NCBI GenBank assembly: GCA_963760345.1
Contig: CAVXCU010000003.1
Location: 188,387 to 252,386 of the forward strand
Direction of reading: 5' to 3'
Origin: an uncultured Alphaproteobacteria bacterium
GTDB lineage: Bacteria; Pseudomonadota; Alphaproteobacteria; Micropepsales; Micropepsaceae
Length of the DNA: 64,000 nt
Shown: positions 1-9,121 of the stretch, piece by piece
How the letters are laid out: the number at the start of each line of letters is the position of its first letter
Position numbering within the stretch: the stretch's first letter is position 1
The notes under the pieces: generated by a model
What the model was told of the DNA's origin: nothing
What the model saw: only the letters and a program-made list of their open reading frames with translations
The model's database searches: none
Made by a program: the position numbers and the translations under genes

Positions 1-2
1 TC

Positions 3-971
3 AGCTTTTCAATCGGCGCGTTTCTGGCCGGCCTGTTCGAAAAGGCGGATGTCATTCTGGCCACGTCGCCCCAATTGCTGACTGGCGTAGCGGGCCATCT
101 TCTCTCGCGTGCAAAGCGCAAACCATGGGTTTTCGAGGTTCGCGATCTTTGGCCGGAATCGATTGTCGCGGTCGGCGTGCTCGACGACGGTTTCTTCATT
201 CGCACACTCGAGAAACTGGAGCGCGCGCTGTATCGAAGCAGCGACCGGATCGTGACGCTGACCGAGCCGATGCGCGCCCGCATTGCCACGAAAGGCGTTT
301 CCGCCGGCAAAATCGGCGTGGTGTCGAACGGCGTCGATGCGGTTCGCCTCAGATGGAGCGAAAAACGGGAAGAGCTTGCCAGGCAATGGAGGCCCCGCGG
401 AAAATTCGTCGTCAGCTATATCGGCACGCATGGATTGGCGCAGGGTCTCGAGGTCGTGGTGCGCGCCGCCGAAATACTCCGCCACACCGACATCCATTTT
501 CTCTTCGTCGGCGAAGGCGCGCGCCGCAAGGAGCTGGAGGCGATGGTGAAGCGGTCCGGACTTGAAAACACGACGTTCGCGGGCATGGTTTCGGCCACAG
601 CGGCCATCGACTATCTCGCGCTCAGCGACGCCGTCGTCGTACCGTTGAAGAATTCACAACTGCTGGACGTCACGTTGCCGTCGAAGATATTTGAGACGGC
701 CGCGATGGGCCGCCCCATACTCCTCAGCGCACATGGATATTCCGCCGATCTGATCCGGCGCTACGATGCGGGGCTGGTGGTAGAACCCGGCGATCCGGCG
801 CAGCTTGCCGCCGCAATCGAACGTCTGCGGGCCGATCCCGAGCTGCGCGAAAGGCTGCGGGCGGGTTGCGAGCGGCTTGCGCGCGATTACGACCGCGAGC
901 GCCTCGCCGACCTCATGCTTGCGGAAATCCAGCAGGCCGCGGCACAGCGCGAAGGCGAACGAAAAACCTGA
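3..971 (+). CDS. Glycosyltransferase family 4 (WbuB-like), 5'-truncated by window edge
   Basis: Frame open from nt 3; motifs ATSP, FEVRDLWPES, YIGTHGLAQG, PSKIFE. Confidence 0.9.
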   Translation, partial: SFSIGAFLAGLFEKADVILATSPQLLTGVAGHLLSRAKRKPWVFEVRDLWPESIVAVGVLDDGFFIRTLEKLERALYRSSDRIVTLTEPMRARIATKGVSAGKIGVVSNGVDAVRLRWSEKREELARQWRPRGKFVVSYIGTHGLAQGLEVVVRAAEILRHTDIHFLFVGEGARRKELEAMVKRSGLENTTFAGMVSATAAIDYLALSDAVVVPLKNSQLLDVTLPSKIFETAAMGRPILLSAHGYSADLIRRYDAGLVVEPGDPAQLAAAIERLRADPELRERLRAGCERLARDYDRERLADLMLAEIQQAAAQREGERKT

Positions 972-1007
972 TCCGCCTGCCGAATTCCGGCCGGAAGGGA
1001 CGCAAGG

Positions 1008-4000
1008 TTATTTGTTGGTGCTGATCACGGCAAGCGATGCGCCGGCGATCGCCAACTGGCTGAAGATTTGCGACACGCTCGTCAGGAACACCATGGTGTT
1101 GAACGGAGCGGGGTCGGGAGGCACGACAATCGTCGCACCGGGCGGAATCGGCGCGCCGCCCAGGAACGAGAACAAACCGCCCGACGCCGGCCGGGCGGTT
1201 CCGTCGGGCATAATGACGAAGGTTTCGCTCGATTCCGCCGCGTCGTTCGGTCCGCCCGCCAATCGGAGATAGTCGTCCACGCTCATGCCCGCTTTGTACT
1301 GGAACGCGCCCGGGTTGAGGACTTCGCCGCTTACGGCCACCGTCGAGGGCCGCTTCGGAATATAAATGAAATCTCCCGGCTGCAGGATGGTGTCCAATTC
1401 GGGTTTCACGCCGAGGATTGCCGGATCGGCCGTCACGGTCGTGCGCCCGAGCGCCGGCTGTTTCTGGAGACTTTGCACCAGCGTTTGCAGATAGGTCATC
1501 GCCGTGGCGTTCACGTTCGGGTTCGTCGTCTGGGCCGCGATGCCGGCCTGAAGTTCGCTGGCTTCCCGCGCATTGCCCTCGGCTTCCGCCACAGCGGCGC
1601 TGACGCGGGTAAACACGGCGCCATACGCATACGCTTCGTCGGTCAACCCTCCGGCTCTCTCGAGGATCGAGGAAAGCCGCTCGCCGCGCGTGACTTCAAA
1701 CGTGCCGGGATAGCGGACCTGGCCGGCGACCGTCACAAAGGTGTTGTTGCGGTCGGAGAACACGGTGCGCACGCGCACGGAATCGAGCGGCCGCAGAGAG
1801 ACCTTCTCGAAATCGGTCGCGTTGCCCTTATAGGCCGTGCGTTCGGTCTTCGACGTTCCGGCAGTCGGATCGAAGTTTGTCGAGGTCACCTCGACCCACG
1901 ACAGGTCGGCGCTGCGCTGTACGCCGCCGGCCGCGTCGAGCATGGCTTCCAACGTCGTTCCATTTTCCGCAAGATACGGGCCGGGATCGTGTACCGCACC
2001 TGCCACGAAGACCAGATAATCGCTGTCCAAATTGAGCAATGCTGCCGGCGTGATATCGAGAAACGCCGCGATGTCCGTTGGCGAGGTGTCTGCAGCGGGT
2101 GCGCCAAGGGCGGCGGGAGAGGTCAAGCCATTGCTTTGCACCATGCTGCCGGCAGCCGCGCTTTGAGCCTGCGACGTCAAGCTTTGCGACTGCAAAATGG
2201 GGCTCAAAGCAGAAGACGTACCGCTTTGGGCGGCGAGCAAACGCGGGTCTACCGCCGCCATGGTTTGCTGAGGCGGGCTGGCAGCCGGTGGAGCGGGTGC
2301 CGGAGCTGCCGTACTGCCGGCCGAGCTGGCGGTGCTTTGGGGCGCGGCGGTCGTGCCGGCCGATTGCGCGGCCTGGATTTGCGACGAGAACTGGTTCGCG
2401 ATTTGGCTGGGGGTCATTCCCGACGACGCCATCTGCGCAAGTTGGCTGCCGCTGGGGATTGGCGGCAGCGTGACGGCCGGCGCTGCCCCGGTTGTCGCCG
2501 GCGGTGTCGTGGAGCTGCTTGCAGCCGGCGGCGGCACGGAACTATTCGTCGTGGGAGCAGTGGGAATCTGGCCCGCCTGCATAGGCTGGCTGATATTGAT
2601 GTTGCTCAGGCTCTGTGCCGTCGTGGACAGTTCCGATGGCTGCACATTATTGATTTGCGCGACATTTTGAATTTGAGCTGCCGCGGCGGCGGCCAGTGCC
2701 TGTACCTGGGCCGTCGTCAGCACGTAGACGATGTCGTCGCTGGCAAGCTTTTTGTCCTCGGTGCCTTCGAAGACGCGCTTGAGCGAGAACGCCTCCGCCT
2801 TACGGAAATTCACGCCCGGTGCACGATGAACGATGATCCCGAACGGCGTATAGGCATCCTGCGTCAGTTCGGCCGGATCGTTGAAGAGACGCGACAGGCT
2901 GGACGCATCGTTCAGGGCGCGTGTCCCGGGCAATTGCACCGCGCCGGCAATGGTCACGCGGCCCAGAGCAGCACCTGCCATCTCGTCGACCGACAGAATC
3001 TCGCCGTTCTGCACGTTCCCGTCGCGGCCCAGCGCGATCAGCTGCGTTCGGCCGCCGGCGAGCAACCCGATCTTCGACAACCGCATCGTGCCGCCGATTT
3101 CCGCGCCGGCGGCGAGGCGGACAAGTGCCTGCCCGTCGATCGATTTGCTGCCCGAAGACAATTCATAAATGCCCGGCCGCTTGACCAAGCCGATGATCGC
3201 CGCCGTCGGTCCCAGAGGCGGTACGATGATGCGATCGCCTTCCGTGACGTTGCCAAGAGATGCGGCCGTGCCGCGCCCGATGACGGTGTAGAGGTCGATG
3301 CGGTGCTGCACGCCGCCACGTTCGAGAATGACATTGCGCAGACTGCCGGTCTTGCGGATGCCGCCGGAAAGCAGAATGGCATCGAGCGGCGTGTTCAATC
3401 CGCTCAATGTCCGAATGCCCGGTGCATACACTTCGCCGGTCACCAGAACGGAAATCTGGCGGCTTTGGGCGAGCGAAATATAGGAGCGCGTGGACAGCGC
3501 ATCATGCGAAATCTCTTCCGCCAAATCGGCGCGAACTTCGCCGAAGGTGCGGCCACCCGCCATCACCGGCCGATAATTCGGAATGATGATTCGTCCGTCG
3601 CGGTCGACGGGCACCACATAGGCGCTCATGTCATGGCCGCGCAGCACGATCGAAAGCTGGTCGCCCGGCCCGAGAATGTAGTTGTCCTGCACGCTGCCGA
3701 TCTGCGTGACGGTCACGGAGGTGCCGACGCCGAACGTGTCGTAGCCGAATTGCTGCAGTGGCTGGCCGGCGCGTTGCGAATAGAGCAATTCGAGGCGCGA
3801 GGGCGGCGGAAGAGTGGTTGCCGCGGGCGTCAGCGTTTGCGTGGTGGGCGAAACGCTTGGCGGCAATTGTACCGGCACTGGCGGCGATGTCGGGCTGGTC
3901 GTGGATGGAGCCCCAAGGCCCTGGAGCACGGACTGAATTGGAATCGAGGTGCCCGGGATCGTCTGCGCATCAACCGTGCCAAGATCGAACAGCAATATGC

Positions 4001-4058
4001 AAGCCGCGACGCCGACGGCCGCACCGATGGCGCGAGCCCAAACCTTATCGAACGACAT
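1008..4058 (-). CDS. Polysaccharide export protein with multiple SLBB domains (KpsD/OtnA-like)
   Basis: Signal peptide, QFGYD, YILGPGD poly-export motif, repeated GxVxxPG SLBB units, C-terminal helix. Confidence 0.88.
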   Translation of the reverse strand: MSFDKVWARAIGAAVGVAACILLFDLGTVDAQTIPGTSIPIQSVLQGLGAPSTTSPTSPPVPVQLPPSVSPTTQTLTPAATTLPPPSRLELLYSQRAGQPLQQFGYDTFGVGTSVTVTQIGSVQDNYILGPGDQLSIVLRGHDMSAYVVPVDRDGRIIIPNYRPVMAGGRTFGEVRADLAEEISHDALSTRSYISLAQSRQISVLVTGEVYAPGIRTLSGLNTPLDAILLSGGIRKTGSLRNVILERGGVQHRIDLYTVIGRGTAASLGNVTEGDRIIVPPLGPTAAIIGLVKRPGIYELSSGSKSIDGQALVRLAAGAEIGGTMRLSKIGLLAGGRTQLIALGRDGNVQNGEILSVDEMAGAALGRVTIAGAVQLPGTRALNDASSLSRLFNDPAELTQDAYTPFGIIVHRAPGVNFRKAEAFSLKRVFEGTEDKKLASDDIVYVLTTAQVQALAAAAAAQIQNVAQINNVQPSELSTTAQSLSNINISQPMQAGQIPTAPTTNSSVPPPAASSSTTPPATTGAAPAVTLPPIPSGSQLAQMASSGMTPSQIANQFSSQIQAAQSAGTTAAPQSTASSAGSTAAPAPAPPAASPPQQTMAAVDPRLLAAQSGTSSALSPILQSQSLTSQAQSAAAGSMVQSNGLTSPAALGAPAADTSPTDIAAFLDITPAALLNLDSDYLVFVAGAVHDPGPYLAENGTTLEAMLDAAGGVQRSADLSWVEVTSTNFDPTAGTSKTERTAYKGNATDFEKVSLRPLDSVRVRTVFSDRNNTFVTVAGQVRYPGTFEVTRGERLSSILERAGGLTDEAYAYGAVFTRVSAAVAEAEGNAREASELQAGIAAQTTNPNVNATAMTYLQTLVQSLQKQPALGRTTVTADPAILGVKPELDTILQPGDFIYIPKRPSTVAVSGEVLNPGAFQYKAGMSVDDYLRLAGGPNDAAESSETFVIMPDGTARPASGGLFSFLGGAPIPPGATIVVPPDPAPFNTMVFLTSVSQIFSQLAIAGASLAVISTNK

Positions 4059-4597
4059 GCGCTCTGTTTTCCGCCCGAACGGGCAGCCCCTATTGCCGGC
4101 ACGACCTTTGGCGACTTTTTACCCTTATCGGCAAGGGCGGTGCAAGTTAAACGATCAGCGGCAGTCCACGTCAAATCGACAGGCGGCAAATGGTTCCGAA
4201 CGCCTGAGCGCTGTATATAAGTCGCGTATACGCGCGCAACGTGTCGGAAATATTCGGTGCGGTGAAGTCCGAGGGTTTGGTGCGTCTCGGCGGTGGAGAG
4301 AGTGCCGTTCGCGGGAGATAAGCCGTCTGCGATGGCACGCAGAGGGCGAGTGCTCCGCCTTCATCCGGTCGCCATGTCGGGAATCGGTATCCGCTCGTGC
4401 AGCAACCGGCTCGCCGGTCCGCGGGGCCGTCGTCGACCGGCCGGGAGGGAGCCGTACGCGCGAATATCGCGCACAGCCTCGGAACAATTGGCAGCGTGCA
4501 AATCCATCCCAATTGTTGTTTAGTGGCTCATCTCAATGGGCTGCGGCGTACTCGACCTTTGCTGTCGTGCGCGACTGGTTGGCCGTCGGTCGGGGTT

Positions 4598-7156
4598 TTG
4601 CGCTTGGGGACGAATCGTCGAAACAGCGGCCGCGGGGTTCAGTGGCTATTATCGGCCACGGCTGTCGCCGTCCTGTGCCTTGGACGCGAGGCCCACGCGC
4701 AGACCTATACCTATGTCGACGAGCCCTATGTTCCGACGGCGTCGGAATATGGCGGCGTCGGATTGCTCGATATGCGAAACGCCCGGTTCCTCCCCGATGG
4801 ATACGTGATGGCGGCCGGCACCATCAAAATGCCGGACGACCGGGTGGCGCTCACGTTTCAGGCGCTGCCGTGGCTTGAGACGACATTTCGTTATGCGATC
4901 AATTACGCGCTGCCTCCCGCCGGACAGCGGGCGCTCTACGATCGCAGCTTCGACCTGAAAGCGAGGCTGTTCCAGGAAGGAGATTACACGCCGCAGATCG
5001 CCGTCGGGTTGCAGGATTTCATCGGCACCGGGGTCTATTCGGGCGAATATCTCGTGGCTTCGAAGGACGCCGGTCCTCTCGATTTCACGCTCGGAATGGG
5101 TTGGGGCAGGCTGGCCTCGCGACCGTCCTTCAGCAATCCGCTCGGGTTGCTGGATTCGCGTTTTTATTATCGCCCCGTCGACACGTCGCCCACCGGCGGA
5201 CTTCCCATCCTTGATTTTTTCCGCGGAAAGAACGTCGGCTTGTTCGGCGGCATCGAATATCAGACGCCGATTCCCAAGCTTACGTTGAAGGTCGAATATT
5301 CGAGCGACGACTACGCCGAGGAATCTGCCACACAGAAAACAAATTACGCCAGGATTCCCGTGAACGCCGGGCTCTCCTACCGCTTCTGGTCGAATGTCGA
5401 TGTCGGCGTCGCATATATGTATGGGCGGGAACTCGCCATCAACGTCAGCATCTTCATGGACCCCACAAGACCCATCTGGCCGGATCGCCTCGACGAGCAA
5501 CCTCCTTTCACCCCTCGGGCGAAGCCCGACATCCAAGCCGCGCAGACCGCGATTCAAATCGCGAGCGGCAATGAGGGGGACGAACCCTGGCGCGTGCATT
5601 TCGTCGATCTCACGGCTCCCGGCGTCACGCCGGACGGCCGGCCCGCGGATCCTGCAATGTCGAGTGCGGCGGCGGGGCAGCGCGTCGGCCAGTTGCTGCA
5701 GGACGCGGGCCTGCATGTCACCGAGGATTGGATCGAAGGCCGCACGCTGGTCGTCCAGGTCGACGGCAAGCAGCCGAGCGCCGTCAGCTCCGTATGCCAG
5801 TCCCTGACAGGCGAGGCCCGTTCCATTCCGGGCGTCCAGGAGATCGCGTTCGTCAGCGGCGACTGGAACCCGATCGAATTTTGCGACGGCGTCGCCGCCC
5901 AGCCAAGCCAGTCGATACCTGTGGCCGCCCAGATCAGTTCGTTCGCCTCGCATTCCGGTCCCGATTCGATCCGCCAGATGCGCGCCGCAATCGAACAGCA
6001 GCGCGTCGGCGTCGAAGGGATCGTCATCAGCGGCAACACGGTGAACGTGGAGATCGAAAACAATCACTTCCTGCGCGATGCCGAGGCAATCAGCCGGACA
6101 TTGCGCGCGCTTTCGGCGACGGCGCCTGCGGACATCACCAGCGTCCGCGTCACCACGAGCATCGATGAGATGCCGCTGACGACGGTTACGATGTCGCGGT
6201 CGGAGGTCGACGCATTGGCCGATCGTTCTGCAACGCCGGCGGAAGTGTGGGCGGATTCCGTGTTTTCGGACGCGCGGCCGAGTACGGGCTATGACAACGG
6301 GCGTGGATATCCCCGATTTACGTGGTCGCTCTTTCCCAGCCTGGAAGAGGATTTGTTCGATCCGAACAACCCTGTCTATTTCGGCGTCGGCATTTCCGGC
6401 AGCACCAGCCTGAAGCTTCTTCCGGGGCTCGTACTCGACGATGAGGCGACTTACAGCGCGTACAACAATTTCGGCAGCATCACGCGCGGCAGCAACAGCG
6501 TCCTGCCTCACGTTCGAAGCGATATCGCGCTGTATTTGAAACGCGGCGCTTCCGGCATCGACGACGTGACGCTTTCATACTATTCGAAGCTTGCCCCGAA
6601 CCTCTATGGGCGTGTCACGGGCGGCTATATCGAAACGATGTTCGGCGGCGCCGGCGGCGAATTGCTCTATCGGGAGCAAAATGCGCCATGGGCGATCGGC
6701 GGTGATGTGTTCGACGTGTATCAGCGCAATTTCGACGATTTGTTCGGATTCCAGAACTACCATGTGGTGACGGGCCATGTGTCTGTCTACCTCGAGACAC
6801 CCTGGTACGACATCACGGCCGTCTGGCGGGCGGGACGCTATCTCGCCGGCGACTACGGCGGGACATTCGAACTCTACCGGCGCTTCGACACCGGCGTTCT
6901 TATCGGCGGATGGTTCACATTGACCAATGTGCCCTTCAGCAAATTCGGCGAGGGAAGCTTCGACAAAGGCATTCGCATCGTCATTCCGCTCGAATGGTCG
7001 CTTCCGATCGGTTCGACGACCAACTACGAGATGGATTTGCGGCCCATTCAGCGCGACGGCGGCCAGCCACTCGAAAACGACGCCATTCTCTACGACATGA
7101 CGCAATCGTCGAATGAGGGAGACCTGCAGCGGCAATGGTCCGACGTGTTGCAATGA
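4598..7156 (+). CDS. yjbH: YjbH/GfcD family outer-membrane exopolysaccharide protein (start approximate)
   Basis: YGGVGLLDMRNAR, DRSFDLK, GLQDFIGTG, GRYLAGDYG, FGEGSFDKG, RDGGQ motifs. Confidence 0.88.
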   Translation: MRLGTNRRNSGRGVQWLLSATAVAVLCLGREAHAQTYTYVDEPYVPTASEYGGVGLLDMRNARFLPDGYVMAAGTIKMPDDRVALTFQALPWLETTFRYAINYALPPAGQRALYDRSFDLKARLFQEGDYTPQIAVGLQDFIGTGVYSGEYLVASKDAGPLDFTLGMGWGRLASRPSFSNPLGLLDSRFYYRPVDTSPTGGLPILDFFRGKNVGLFGGIEYQTPIPKLTLKVEYSSDDYAEESATQKTNYARIPVNAGLSYRFWSNVDVGVAYMYGRELAINVSIFMDPTRPIWPDRLDEQPPFTPRAKPDIQAAQTAIQIASGNEGDEPWRVHFVDLTAPGVTPDGRPADPAMSSAAAGQRVGQLLQDAGLHVTEDWIEGRTLVVQVDGKQPSAVSSVCQSLTGEARSIPGVQEIAFVSGDWNPIEFCDGVAAQPSQSIPVAAQISSFASHSGPDSIRQMRAAIEQQRVGVEGIVISGNTVNVEIENNHFLRDAEAISRTLRALSATAPADITSVRVTTSIDEMPLTTVTMSRSEVDALADRSATPAEVWADSVFSDARPSTGYDNGRGYPRFTWSLFPSLEEDLFDPNNPVYFGVGISGSTSLKLLPGLVLDDEATYSAYNNFGSITRGSNSVLPHVRSDIALYLKRGASGIDDVTLSYYSKLAPNLYGRVTGGYIETMFGGAGGELLYREQNAPWAIGGDVFDVYQRNFDDLFGFQNYHVVTGHVSVYLETPWYDITAVWRAGRYLAGDYGGTFELYRRFDTGVLIGGWFTLTNVPFSKFGEGSFDKGIRIVIPLEWSLPIGSTTNYEMDLRPIQRDGGQPLENDAILYDMTQSSNEGDLQRQWSDVLQ

Positions 7157-7816
7157 GGCGCCAGGCGCGATCTTTTCTGACGGCTCTGGCGCTCGCCTTG
7201 CCGCTGGCGGCGTGCGCGGATTCGAACTCCGATGTTGTCGCCGTCGTTCAGGTGTTCTCGCATTCCTCGGGACTCTTTGGGGGCGATGATGCGGTGTCAC
7301 GCGAGCGTGCCGCAGCCATTCCCTATGCGTCCATCGGATTGCGGTTGGGCTCCGGGGCCGAAGGATTGCTCGTGTTGGCAACATCTTCCGGACAAAATCT
7401 TCGTTGGCAGGCGGGAACGAAACTGACCGTCACGACCCGCGACGGACGCGTGGTTCATACGACCGGGTTCGCGCACAATCTGGACGGTTACCAGGGACCG
7501 CTCAATGATTGCGGGATCGGGCGCCGGCGCGAGGGAAACTTCTTATAATTTTCTCTACGATATGGCCGATATGAACCGTTACAACGTCCTCGCGCATTGC
7601 AAGCGGCACGATGCAGGCCCCGAGCGAATTGTCATTATCGGCGTCGAGCACGACACGCGGCACATCGTGGAGGATTGCGAGGCGCCGCAATTGGATTGGA
7701 AGTTCAGCAACGATTTTTGGGTGGACGCGGCCACCGGCTATGTCTGGAAGAGCCGGCAAAATTTTCGCCCGGACGTCGACGAATTGACCCTTGAGGTCTT
7801 CCGTCCGGAGAAATAG
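7153..7816 (+). CDS. yjbF: YjbF/GfcB family lipoprotein, one frameshift near 7500-7510
   Basis: ATGA overlap with yjbH; lipobox LAAC; IPYAS, RDGRVVHTTG, then NDFWVD..G.VWKSRQ in another frame. Confidence 0.78.
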
Positions 7817-7987
7817 CGCTCATCAAGCACCCGTCCGGCAGGCCGGTATCGGTCCTTCGTTGCGCCGGCTCGCATTCCGCAACGCGAAAATGGGCAGTTC
7901 GCTAGCTTCCTCAATAGGTTGTACAATGAGCGACCTGTTGTTAGGTTGGGGCGCGGCCCGTTCGGGGCTGATTTTGCGGGGCAGGCG

Positions 7988-9019
7988 ATGGCAGCGATGG
8001 GCGAAGGTGTTGGACTGGCCGGAGGCGGCCCGCCCTGCGTGGCGGCTGTCGGCTGCGGGTACTGGGGCAAGAACATCGTCCGGAATTTTGCCGAACTCGG
8101 CGCACTTCGCGCAGTCTGCGACGTTGACGCCTCGGTGGCGGCGGAATTCGCCAGGAAATACCGGGTGCCGGCCGTTTCACTGGCCCAGATCATGGCCGAC
8201 CCGCAATATGACGGTGTCGCCTTCGCGTCGCCGGCCGCGCTTCATGTGGAGCATGCGGGCGGGGCGCTGAGAGCGGGCAAGCACGTCTTCGTCGAAAAGC
8301 CGCTCGCGCTGACCGTACCCGAGGGGCGCGAACTCGCGCGCCTTGCCAACAGCCATGGCCGCATCCTCATGGTCGGCCATCTGTTGCAGTATCATCCGCT
8401 GGTTCTCAAACTGATCGAGCTCGTCGGCTCCGGGCGCTTTGGCGATGTCAAACACGTCTATTCCAACCGTCTGAACATCGGCAAACTGCGCACGGAGGAG
8501 GACGTCATATGGTCCTTCGCACCGCACGATCTTTCCGTCATTTTGGCGATCCTCGGCAGGATGCCCGAACAAGTCTCCGTGGAAGGGGCGTCGATCCTCA
8601 ATCCCAGGATCGCGGACATTGCGAACATCCATCTGAGATTTCCGGGTGGCGCGACCGGCCGCGTGTTCGTATCCTGGCTAAATCCCTATAAGGAACAGAA
8701 ATTGAGCGTGATCGGCACGAAGGCGCACGCCGTTTTCGACGACACGGTCAAATGGGAAGACAAGCTCCTCATATACGACCATCGGGTCGAGTATCGCGGC
8801 GGGCGGCCCGAAGCGATCAAGGCGGAGCCGGTTCGCGTCGACGTCCAGCAGCGCGAACCCTTGAGGGAAGAGTGCGCGCATTTTCTCCATTCGATTGCGG
8901 CCGGCAAAGCGCCGCGCACGGATACGAGAGAAGCGTTGCGGGTGCTGTCGGTGCTTGAGGCCGCGACGCAGTCGCTCGAAAGTGGCCGGCCCGTCGTCCC
9001 GGATACCGTCGAACGGTAG
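7988..9019 (+). CDS. Gfo/Idh/MocA oxidoreductase (WbpB/WlbA-like)
   Basis: GCGYWGKN, HVFVEKP, MVGHLLQYHP, WSFAPHD. Confidence 0.88.
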   Translation: MAAMGEGVGLAGGGPPCVAAVGCGYWGKNIVRNFAELGALRAVCDVDASVAAEFARKYRVPAVSLAQIMADPQYDGVAFASPAALHVEHAGGALRAGKHVFVEKPLALTVPEGRELARLANSHGRILMVGHLLQYHPLVLKLIELVGSGRFGDVKHVYSNRLNIGKLRTEEDVIWSFAPHDLSVILAILGRMPEQVSVEGASILNPRIADIANIHLRFPGGATGRVFVSWLNPYKEQKLSVIGTKAHAVFDDTVKWEDKLLIYDHRVEYRGGRPEAIKAEPVRVDVQQREPLREECAHFLHSIAAGKAPRTDTREALRVLSVLEAATQSLESGRPVVPDTVER

Positions 9020-9121
9020 CCGTGGGAGAGGCGGACCTGGCGCTGGGCGGGCGTCGCCGTACCGGGCACTGCGTATCGAAGTGAGATTCCACGCCCGATC
9101 GCGGGCGAACGAGGTTAAGTC

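Noticed and set aside
4097-4112. Sigma54-like promoter CGGCACGACCTTTGG
   Set aside because: Lacks the invariant -12 GC
1068-4220. 1050-aa ORF antisense to the SLBB gene, and similar long shadow ORFs (4649-6511, 12727-14664, 57060-58601)
   Set aside because: Arg/His-rich, motif-free mirror frames expected from high-GC codon bias opposite real genes
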